A DNA stretch of 18,000 bases from Candidatus Heimdallarchaeota archaeon (lineage in GTDB: Archaea > Asgardarchaeota > Heimdallarchaeia > Heimdallarchaeales > Heimdallarchaeaceae), in contig JAEOTE010000011.1 in NCBI GenBank assembly GCA_016839945.1, positions 1 to 18,000 of the forward strand. The letters run 5' to 3'. Shown here in pieces: positions 6,466 through 14,433 of this stretch. The notes below the pieces were generated by a model. It ran no database searches. It saw nothing but the letters and a program-made list of their open reading frames with translations, and was not told the DNA's origin. The translations under genes were made by a program, and so were the position numbers. Position 1 is the stretch's first letter; each line of letters starts with the position of its first letter.

Positions 6466-9399
6466 TTACTCTAACAGTAAGGCAGGTTTCATAGGTCGAG
6501 CTTTTTGTGATTTATTTTGTGGGTCATATATGTCTTTACGGTCTGAGAGGTGTATTAGGATTTCTGCATTCTCATATTTAGTGCTAATGAACTCTTTAAA
6601 TCCAAGAATTGCATTTTCTTGGTTTTTCGCACTTAATGTTTCAATTCTGAAAATTGTAGGATCTTTAAACATCAATTTTACTTCGTTAGCTATTTCACTC
6701 ATATAGTTGTTTAATTTTGCACTTTCCTTAGCTGATGCCATGATTTTACCTATTTGCACTGCTTCATTTTCGAAGATAGTTTTTGCTAATTCATATAGTT
6801 CGTTCTTCCAATCAGCATTAACATAGATGTGAATCTTCTTTGGTTTGGTTTTTACTAATTTCACAATCTGATCGATGTCTTCTATAAGATCAGTCATGTA
6901 TTTTGCTTGTAGCGCATATAGTAAATCCTTATCACTAACATCAATATCAGGAATCTGTTTCAGAGAAATGTAATCCTTATTTCCCATTCTTTCGTTCAAT
7001 TCTTCACAAATATGTGGGATAGCAGGAGCCATTGTTACTACCATCATTTCGATTACTTCTTGAAGTGCAGTTTTCTTTTCCATTTCTGGTAAGTGTTTAG
7101 CAAACTTATGATATTCATCAATTGCTCTTATGTTCGAATAATAACCTTCCAAGATGTATTCTCTAGCACTGAATCTTTCAATTGATTCCATTGCTTTTAT
7201 TAGATTTGTTTTTACAGATGCAATGAATACTTTTGATAGAAATGAAAATTCAATTTTCTCTTTATTTGATACATTGATTACACTCAAACTGTATTCCCAG
7301 AACTTTCTCAACCTTTGAAGTGCGAAGTTCACTTCATCTTCTTTCCACTCAAGAACAGTTTCAGGTGTGGCGATGGACGCTAGATGTAATCTTGTTACAT
7401 CAACACTATATTTGTTGGGAACCTGTGCAATTGGAATTACATTTGGTTTACTCTTACTCATCGCTTCTCCATCACGACTTAACATTTCGTTCAATGAAAA
7501 AGCTGGTAACCAATATTTCTCTGGGAAAACTGCAGTATGATGAAATATAGCAAACGATAAGTGATTGGAAATATGATGCACAGCTGTATGTCTAAGATCA
7601 TTAGGATACCAGTATTCAAATTCTTGTTTCATCTGATTGATTGTTTGCTCTGTTATTCCTGAATTCTTTACTAAATCTTTGATATTGCCTTTGGATAAAA
7701 ACACATAATCAAATAATTCTGGCTTTAATTGTTCTGGTTTCAATTTATTTTCCTTTATGTGTCTGACTATTGTATAGTATGCCATATAAATAACTGAATC
7801 ACTTAATGATTCTATTATCCAACCTTCACCTTCTGTAAAAGGAAATTCTGTCCCTAATCCTCTTCTTCTTACACAAGGTCTCTTATCTAACCAATCAAAG
7901 GTATTTTCAAAGCTTAATCTATATTTATCTGGAGTAATGAGCATCTGATTTAATGCTTTAGATGCTTTCTCTTTCCATTCGGGATTTCCATAGTTCAGGA
8001 AATATTGATTCTGAATTATTGCTACGATGATTTGACCTCCACATCTGCAAAAAGCTTTTGTTGAGGGTTCGTAGATTGGTGAGGCTAAGTTTATTTCAAA
8101 TAATGTATCTGCGACTTTGTTCTTGGCTTCTTCTACTTTCAGCCCTACATAATCTCCCGTATTACTTTTCATAATCCCTGAATAGTATTCATCCTTGTAA
8201 ATTGTCTGTGTTGCTTCCTCTAATTTATCTCTATCTTCTTGAGATTTCACCCCTAGCTTCTGACATATTTCAACTGCTGGGAATTCTCCATAACCTTTTA
8301 CATCTATAAGAGAAATTGGTTCAATTTCCTTCAAGTTTTCTGAATTTAGATTGTACTTAGCAATTGTTTCTTCATCTTTTTGTAAGTCAGCAATAGCTGC
8401 ATGATCATATGGAGCATGTCCTGGAACACTATAAACAATTCCTGTAGCATGATCTGTATCAACAAATATAGCAGGATATACAGGTATTTTCCTTCCTGTT
8501 ATTGGAACTTCTGCATATACATCTAATAGCTCATCACCTTTCAATTCACGTTTTATTTCAATCTCATGATTCTGTTCTAATAGCTTCATGGTGGCTTCTT
8601 TAGATACAATCCATATCTCTCCATCAATTGAGATTTCATTGTAGGTTGCATTTGGATGTATCCATACATTAGTAGCACCGAATATTGTTTCTGGACGAAG
8701 TGTTGCAGCAACAAGAAAGACATCATTATCAAGTTTAAATTTAATTCCAACAAATTCATTAACTTCTACATTAAGCTCGTCCCCATCTTGAATATCATCC
8801 TCACCAACAGCATTCTTATCATTTACACACCATAAAATAGGATAATCTCCTTGTGTTATCAGCCCTTTGTTATTGAGTATTGAGTATTGCCACTTGATGA
8901 ATTTGTTATACTCAGGATCTCCTGTTGTAAATTCCCTAGTTGTATCAAGTGAATATCCCATTCCCAGGAAATCTTGGATTATTTTCTCTGCAAAGTAATT
9001 AGCAACATTTTCTGGTTCTGAAAAAGAAGAGACTACCTTTTCAATTCCTTCTTTGGTACTCTCGTAATATGAGATAAAACCTCTCATCTTTTTCCATTCG
9101 TTTTCATCGTTATTCTTAATTTTCCACGATACTGCGAGTACTGGAGTTCCAGTAATATGAAATCCCATTGGCCATAGAACGTTGTATCCTTTTTGTCTCT
9201 TGAATCTCGCAAATATGTCACCTAAACCATAAGTTCTAGCGTGTCCAACATGAAGAGGAGAAGTTGCATAAGGATAAGATACTGTCAAAAACCACTTGGG
9301 TCTTGAGCTGTCAATATTCGCGACAAAAATTTCATCATTTTGCCATTTCTTTTGCCATTTTTTCTCTATTTTTCGTATTTCATCTAGAAAAGACACCAT
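6466..9399 (-). CDS. leuS: Leucine--tRNA ligase, archaeal/eukaryal type
   Basis: HIGH motif as LHVGH, GFHITGTP, CP1 editing motifs ATLRPETIFGATN and TGIVYSVPGHAPYD, CRCGG, IESLSDS.IYMAYYT, F.YWYP.D.R, KMSKS as AMSKS, archaeal C-terminus KARPMKPA. SD GGAG 6 nt upstream. Confidence 0.97.
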   Translation of the reverse strand: MVSFLDEIRKIEKKWQKKWQNDEIFVANIDSSRPKWFLTVSYPYATSPLHVGHARTYGLGDIFARFKRQKGYNVLWPMGFHITGTPVLAVSWKIKNNDENEWKKMRGFISYYESTKEGIEKVVSSFSEPENVANYFAEKIIQDFLGMGYSLDTTREFTTGDPEYNKFIKWQYSILNNKGLITQGDYPILWCVNDKNAVGEDDIQDGDELNVEVNEFVGIKFKLDNDVFLVAATLRPETIFGATNVWIHPNATYNEISIDGEIWIVSKEATMKLLEQNHEIEIKRELKGDELLDVYAEVPITGRKIPVYPAIFVDTDHATGIVYSVPGHAPYDHAAIADLQKDEETIAKYNLNSENLKEIEPISLIDVKGYGEFPAVEICQKLGVKSQEDRDKLEEATQTIYKDEYYSGIMKSNTGDYVGLKVEEAKNKVADTLFEINLASPIYEPSTKAFCRCGGQIIVAIIQNQYFLNYGNPEWKEKASKALNQMLITPDKYRLSFENTFDWLDKRPCVRRRGLGTEFPFTEGEGWIIESLSDSVIYMAYYTIVRHIKENKLKPEQLKPELFDYVFLSKGNIKDLVKNSGITEQTINQMKQEFEYWYPNDLRHTAVHHISNHLSFAIFHHTAVFPEKYWLPAFSLNEMLSRDGEAMSKSKPNVIPIAQVPNKYSVDVTRLHLASIATPETVLEWKEDEVNFALQRLRKFWEYSLSVINVSNKEKIEFSFLSKVFIASVKTNLIKAMESIERFSAREYILEGYYSNIRAIDEYHKFAKHLPEMEKKTALQEVIEMMVVTMAPAIPHICEELNERMGNKDYISLKQIPDIDVSDKDLLYALQAKYMTDLIEDIDQIVKLVKTKPKKIHIYVNADWKNELYELAKTIFENEAVQIGKIMASAKESAKLNNYMSEIANEVKLMFKDPTIFRIETLSAKNQENAILGFKEFISTKYENAEILIHLSDRKDIYDPQNKSQKARPMKPALLLE

Positions 9400-9597
9400 T
9401 TACATCTCCTTGAATTATGTTTTTCTCTTGTTCTGAAACAGCTTATGTAATTACGTTTTGAAAAACTAAAATAACTAATAAAAGAATTGTCTTCTGACAT
9501 TATAAAGCTGTTAAAGATGTAAGAAACCTGGAAACCACTAAAACAGATAGCCTTCTTATTTTGGAAGAAGAACACGATACCCCATTTTGGTTTCCTC
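9400..9597 (-). promoter_or_regulatory. Structured leuS 5' leader of about 198 nt (candidate cis-regulatory RNA)
   Basis: Helices GGAAACCA/TGGTTTCC (9595-9588 with 9537-9530), CTTCTT/AAGAAG, TTACATCTTT/GGAGATGTAA (9522-9513 with 9409-9400) and AACAGCTT/AAGCTGTT (9512-9505 with 9444-9437). Confidence 0.65.
9556..9585 (-). CDS. Putative leuS leader peptide MGYRVLLPK (tandem CTT Leu codons)
   Basis: ATG GGG TAT CGT GTT CTT CTT CCA AAA TAA, with GAGG SD 8 nt upstream. Confidence 0.5.
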   Translation of the reverse strand: MGYRVLLPK

Positions 9598-9618
9598 AAA
9601 TTTTAGGTATTTTACGTA

Positions 9619-9634
9619 CTTATTAACTTTTTTG
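9619..9634 (-). promoter_or_regulatory. Putative BRE/TATA promoter of leuS; predicted transcription start near G9597
   Basis: Minus strand CAAAAAAG-TTAATAAG; the TATA box begins 29 nt before GAGGAAACC. Confidence 0.55.
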
Positions 9635-9680
9635 GATTTTAACAAAATACAATCTTATTTCTTTTTAATTCCTTTTGATG

Positions 9681-11024
9681 TTAAATTACAAAGTATTCTT
9701 TATCTACATCTCTTTCCTTTAATCCCAATCTTGATACTTTGAATTCAACACCACCATAAAGATCTGCATGTTTCTTTCCATTATAGAGAGCTTCTGCAAT
9801 TCTACCAATAGCATCCGCTTTCATTATTCCACTACCAGAAGCAGCAGTTACAACTATCAGACCATCGATTCCATCCGGTTTAAATATTACAGGATTTTTG
9901 TCTGCGGTGTTAACTGCATAATATCCTGCCCAACAACTAGTAAGTGGAAGATCTTTCAAAATAGGCAAATATTCTGAAAGAATCAAGTATAAATCATATT
10001 CATATCTTCTTGGATCTGTTTCGTTATCATCTAATGGATTATCAGAATAATCAATGCTTTCAGGATCTGTAATAACATATGGTTTTCCTACCACTGAACC
10101 GCCCCCAATCCAAATACTATTGTTATACTTAACTGGTCGGATGTAGACACCGTGAACTGGAAAAATTGTGAATGGTATTGTTTTTTCTTCATTGAAAGAT
10201 TCGTTTTCTAGAAGCTCAGTAAGTCTTGTATGTTGTACTCTGTATAGAGATTTTTTCAAAGGCATAACACGACTATCAACACCTATTGGAAGCAGTAATT
10301 CATTTGCCCATGCTCCAGTTGCAGCTATGAAAGTTTCTGCGTGGATATATTCTCCTTTGTCGGTTTCAACTGAATTAATTTTCTTTTCTTGCCATCCTAC
10401 AGGTTCTCCAGGAATTCCAAGCTTTTCACCTTTAGGATCAAGAATAAAACGATTGATTCTTGTTGAGTACAGAGTCTCTCCCCCTAATTTCTTGAATTCT
10501 GTTTCATAGAAATCTCTTGTTATTTTATCAGCGTCAAGCTCTCCACAATCATATCCAAGAAGTGCATAATCAATGTTTTTTATATTCAATAATTGAGCAT
10601 CTTCGTTATTATCGAAATTAGTTATTAGTTCTGGAAATTTCTTTTCAATATCTTCTTTTTCAAGAATTTCAATTCGGATTTTATTGTCAAGCATCACTTC
10701 AATTGCTTTTTTATTGTCTTCGAATTGTTCTCTATCCATTAACCACAAGTAAGTGATGTCCTTCAGAGTAAGATCGATTTTTAGTTCATTCTGGACATAA
10801 CGGAAGAAATCTATAGAAGTACTGCTTAAAATCAGATTTACTTCAGAACAAAAAGTGTCCCTATACATTCCTGCTGATTGAGCAGTATTTCCTGCTCCAG
10901 CAGATGCTTCTTTGTCTAAAATTAAAACAGTTTTATCAGGATTGTTTTTTTTCACATAATACGCAGTAGCTATTCCTAGAAGTCCAGCTCCAATAACAAT
11001 TACGTCATATTTTTTCTCAGACAT
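9681..11024 (-). CDS. FAD-dependent oxidoreductase, DAO/sarcosine-oxidase-beta family (resembles archaeal dye-linked L-proline dehydrogenase type; substrate not established)
   Basis: Rossmann motif VIVIGAGLLG, GNTAQSAG, ATGAWA, WAGYY, SGSGIMKADAIGR; SD GAGGT upstream. Confidence 0.88.
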   Translation of the reverse strand: MSEKKYDVIVIGAGLLGIATAYYVKKNNPDKTVLILDKEASAGAGNTAQSAGMYRDTFCSEVNLILSSTSIDFFRYVQNELKIDLTLKDITYLWLMDREQFEDNKKAIEVMLDNKIRIEILEKEDIEKKFPELITNFDNNEDAQLLNIKNIDYALLGYDCGELDADKITRDFYETEFKKLGGETLYSTRINRFILDPKGEKLGIPGEPVGWQEKKINSVETDKGEYIHAETFIAATGAWANELLLPIGVDSRVMPLKKSLYRVQHTRLTELLENESFNEEKTIPFTIFPVHGVYIRPVKYNNSIWIGGGSVVGKPYVITDPESIDYSDNPLDDNETDPRRYEYDLYLILSEYLPILKDLPLTSCWAGYYAVNTADKNPVIFKPDGIDGLIVVTAASGSGIMKADAIGRIAEALYNGKKHADLYGGVEFKVSRLGLKERDVDKEYFVI

Positions 11025-11176
11025 TTTTGAACCTCATAATGAAAATATCATAGATTACATTACAAAGAAAAGATAATGGCTTAAAAAAGTTTAGCCAAGT
11101 ATATCGATTTATCGTTATATCAGTTAATTTTTAAGTTAAAGGAAGTTAAGATAATTGATTTCAGAAGGACTAGAAA

Positions 11177-11989
11177 ATGGCAGAAGATAACAAGAAAATT
11201 GAGGAAACACTATCAAAAATAAAATACAAGATTGCAGTTATGTCAGGAAAAGGTGGAACAGGAAAAACAACAGTTGCTGTTAACATCGCAAAAACACTAG
11301 CTAATGAAGGATACAAAGTTGGTGTTCTTGATGCTGATATAACTGGACCAAACATTCCTTTAATGTTTGGTGTTGAATTTGAACAAATCGTAGCAGAGGA
11401 TAATAAAATTATACCAATTGAAGCAGAAAATGTGAAAATCATTTCAATGGAATTTCTATTAGAAGATAAAAGTAGTGCAATTATCTGGAGAGGTCCTATA
11501 AAGATTAAAGCATTACAACAGCTCATTAGCGATGTTGCATGGGGAGATCTTGATTATCTAATTGTAGATCTTCCGCCAGGGAGCTCAGATGAACCTCTTT
11601 CAATTGTTCAAACTATAAGAGATATTGATGGAATGGTTATAGTTACCACACCTCAGCAAGTTTCACTTCTTGATGTTAGTAAATCCATTAATTTCGCTGA
11701 AGTAACAAAAACTCCGATAATTGGTATTGTAGAAAATATGTCAGGTTTTGTTTGCCCGAAATGTGGAGAAATAACTAATATATTTATGAAAGATGGAGGA
11801 AAGAATATCGCAAATCGACTATCTCTGGAATTTCTTAATTCAATTCCACTCAATCCTGCTATTTGTGAAGCAGGTGATGTTGGAAAACCTGCGGTGGAAA
11901 TTGATGATAATGTAAAAACAATTTTTCAAGATATTGTTAAGAAGATTATTAAGAGAATAAAAGAAATTAGAGAGGAAAAAAACAATTAA
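11177..11989 (+). CDS. mrp: Mrp/NBP35 (ApbC) family Fe-S cluster carrier ATPase
   Basis: Deviant Walker A SGKGGTGKTT, DADITGPNIP, WRGP, DYLIVDLPPGSSDE, VTTPQ, ENMS.F.CPKC. Lacks the N-terminal Cys cluster of eukaryotic Nbp35. Confidence 0.93.
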   Translation: MAEDNKKIEETLSKIKYKIAVMSGKGGTGKTTVAVNIAKTLANEGYKVGVLDADITGPNIPLMFGVEFEQIVAEDNKIIPIEAENVKIISMEFLLEDKSSAIIWRGPIKIKALQQLISDVAWGDLDYLIVDLPPGSSDEPLSIVQTIRDIDGMVIVTTPQQVSLLDVSKSINFAEVTKTPIIGIVENMSGFVCPKCGEITNIFMKDGGKNIANRLSLEFLNSIPLNPAICEAGDVGKPAVEIDDNVKTIFQDIVKKIIKRIKEIREEKNN

Positions 11990-11991
11990 AA

Positions 11992-12510
11992 CTAGTCTCT
12001 AAACTTTGCATTTTCTTGAGTAAGTAATTGTTTCTTTCTAGGGTGGTTTGCTCTTCCCGCAAATTTACCTAATCTTCCATTTGAAAGTATCACGCGATGA
12101 CAAGGTACTATTGGACCAAATCTATTTTTCATCATTACATTACCAACAAATCTTGCTCCGCCAAATATACCAACCCTTTTCGCTAATTCACCATAAGAGA
12201 CGACTTCACCTGCTGGAACTTTAAGCAATTCTTTAAGGACAGCAACTTCATTTTTGGTGAATCCACTAAAATCAAATTCTATTTTAGGTAAATCAAAGGA
12301 TGTACCTTTGTTTATTCCATGCATAGCCTCAATGACGGGATGATCAGATTCTTCTACTTCAATCTCTTCTTTAGCTACTTTTGATAGATAGGAAACAGCA
12401 TCTTCTTTGGTTTTGAATGAGGAAGAGGTGTAGTAGAGTTTTCCTTCATTTAATAAAATACCTAACCAAGTATCATCTTTTTTTGATATTACGGCCTTCA
12501 TTTTATCCAC
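11992..12510 (-). CDS. ogt: Methylated-DNA--protein-cysteine methyltransferase (start GTG 12510 or ATG 12501)
   Basis: Active-site PCHRV, HTH region VPAGEVVSYGELA..ARFVG, C-terminal K..LL..E. Confidence 0.93.
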   Translation of the reverse strand: MDKMKAVISKKDDTWLGILLNEGKLYYTSSSFKTKEDAVSYLSKVAKEEIEVEESDHPVIEAMHGINKGTSFDLPKIEFDFSGFTKNEVAVLKELLKVPAGEVVSYGELAKRVGIFGGARFVGNVMMKNRFGPIVPCHRVILSNGRLGKFAGRANHPRKKQLLTQENAKFRD

Positions 12511-12563
12511 AAGCTTTTTGTATTTTTTTAGTATTTAAAGTAGTATTAAGGAACTAGAACAAA

Positions 12564-13625
12564 ATGCCCTTATCAGTATTACGAATTAGTGAAAAATTGG
12601 AAGAATATCTTAGGAAAATCTATCCAAAGTATGAACTTGCTAAAGTATCTGATTTACAATCACTTGCTAAAGGTTGGGAGACAGAGCTTTTTTCCTTCAA
12701 ATTTATCTATGAAAAAGAGAATAAGAGAATTGAAGAACAACTAATTCTCAGAATGTATCCTGGTACGAATCAAGAAGAAAAAACGGAGTGGGAATATAAG
12801 GTTCTTACTTCCTTATTTAATGCAGGTTATCCAGTTCCTAAAACACATATTCTTGAACTTAATAAAAAAGTTCTCGAAAAACCATTCATAGTTATGGATA
12901 GAATTCAAGGAGAGGATATGGGGGGGCTATTTCTTTCTGCTGCGGAAGAGAATGATCAAGAGACAATTTTGAGCATTGTAAAAGTACTCTGTAAATTATT
13001 CGTAAAACTTCATAATATTGAATGGCAAGCGCTTCCTTTGGAAATCAACGATGTAGGAGCACTCAATCCATATTACTTTATTAATAGAAAAATATTAATC
13101 TACGAAAAAATGATAAATCAATCTGAATATCATGTGCTGCAACCCATTCTAGATTGGCTTATAGAAAGAAAGAATGATGCTTATTCAAAAAAAATCTCAA
13201 TTATACATAGAGATTTTCATCCACACAACATCATTGTCACAAAAGAAGGAAAAGCTTTTGTTATAGATTGGCCAAGTTGCTCAATAGGTGATTATAGAGA
13301 AGATCTTGGTTGGAGCTTACTATTAACGTATGCCTATACAAAAAAAGAGTTTCGAGATATGATTTTGGAATGTTATGAAAAGGAAAGAGGATCAAAAGTA
13401 GAAAATATCGATTATTTTGAAGTACTTGCAATATTAAGAAGATTTACAGATATCATGAATATTTTCAAGTTTGGAGCTAACAATTCTGGAATGCGAGAAG
13501 AGGTAATTCAACAAATTAAGGAAACAGCTTTTCATATGAAAAGAATATATGAATTGTTAGAAGAAATAACAGGGATTAAAATACCTGAATTAGAGGAATT
13601 TATTCTGAATTTAGATGCGAATTAA
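12564..13625 (+). CDS. APH/choline-kinase-like phosphotransferase family protein
   Basis: GWETE loop, LILR, YPVP, PFIVMDRIQG, Brenner-type HRDFHPHN, IDW, GD...DL. Confidence 0.88.
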   Translation: MPLSVLRISEKLEEYLRKIYPKYELAKVSDLQSLAKGWETELFSFKFIYEKENKRIEEQLILRMYPGTNQEEKTEWEYKVLTSLFNAGYPVPKTHILELNKKVLEKPFIVMDRIQGEDMGGLFLSAAEENDQETILSIVKVLCKLFVKLHNIEWQALPLEINDVGALNPYYFINRKILIYEKMINQSEYHVLQPILDWLIERKNDAYSKKISIIHRDFHPHNIIVTKEGKAFVIDWPSCSIGDYREDLGWSLLLTYAYTKKEFRDMILECYEKERGSKVENIDYFEVLAILRRFTDIMNIFKFGANNSGMREEVIQQIKETAFHMKRIYELLEEITGIKIPELEEFILNLDAN

Positions 13626-13695
13626 TAATTGTTAACACATGGGAATTACAGAGCTTAAAAGAGAATAAAGTAACAGAATTCTAAGAGAATGAACA

Positions 13696-14385
13696 ATGTC
13701 TGACGTAAAGAGAGTTAAATTTCAATATAAAGGAAAGGAAATTGTTGGTACTGTAAAACGGTTAAACAAGAAAACCGTTACAGTGGAAACAAAAACCCAT
13801 ACTTTTCGTGTACCTTATCCTTTAATTACCCCAAAAATGAAACCACCTAAACCATCACAAAAGAAACCCTCAAATCAAAGAGATTGGACAGCATCTCAAA
13901 CAAAAGATTACCAGAAGTCAGTAACTGCTACTATCGAATCTCTTACTAGAGAAAAATTGAGTTCTCTTCATGTAGCCATTAGATTACTTGGTGAGGCTTT
14001 GAAAGAAGGTAATGAAGATGCAATTCATGAAATTTCAAATGAAACAATTGCAGAATTAAATCTAATTTATAATCTCCCACCCTTAAAAGTTCATACAGGA
14101 GGGAAGAGAAGGATGACAAGAAGTGGTGGTCAATATTATGGTGTTTATAGAACAAATGGGAAACAAAAGAAAAAATACTCTACATCGGTTTATAGTCGAA
14201 CTGCGAAAAATCAAAAATATGTTGCACCAAAAACATTTCTTAGGACACTAATACATGAATGGGGGCACCATTATGATAAACACAAACTTGGACTAAAAAA
14301 TACATATCACACTAAAGGCTTTTATGAGAGAATTAAAACAATTTATGATCAGCTCAAAGAACCATTGGAATCTAAGATAAGATAA
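13696..14385 (+). CDS. Hypothetical basic protein: N-terminal SH3/KOW-like beta domain + P/K linker + SprT/WLM-like HExxH zinc metalloprotease domain
   Basis: TLIHEWGHH followed by YHTKGFY (third zinc ligand pattern); N-terminal G.V.RLN.KTVTV...FRVPY beta-strand pattern. Confidence 0.7.
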   Translation: MSDVKRVKFQYKGKEIVGTVKRLNKKTVTVETKTHTFRVPYPLITPKMKPPKPSQKKPSNQRDWTASQTKDYQKSVTATIESLTREKLSSLHVAIRLLGEALKEGNEDAIHEISNETIAELNLIYNLPPLKVHTGGKRRMTRSGGQYYGVYRTNGKQKKKYSTSVYSRTAKNQKYVAPKTFLRTLIHEWGHHYDKHKLGLKNTYHTKGFYERIKTIYDQLKEPLESKIR

Positions 14386-14433
14386 GAAGATAGAGCAATA
14401 AATTTTAATTATAACTTATTTATAATCGCATCG

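Noticed and set aside
9552-9570. Leu anticodon (CAA) mimic in the leuS hairpin loop CCAAAAU
   Set aside because: CAA is off-centre in the 7-nt loop, and archaeal LeuRS relies on the discriminator base and variable arm rather than the anticodon.
9400-9597. T-box riboswitch in the leuS or thrS leader
   Set aside because: No GGTGG-ACC T-box bulge, no recognisable Stem I motifs and no terminator/antiterminator pair.
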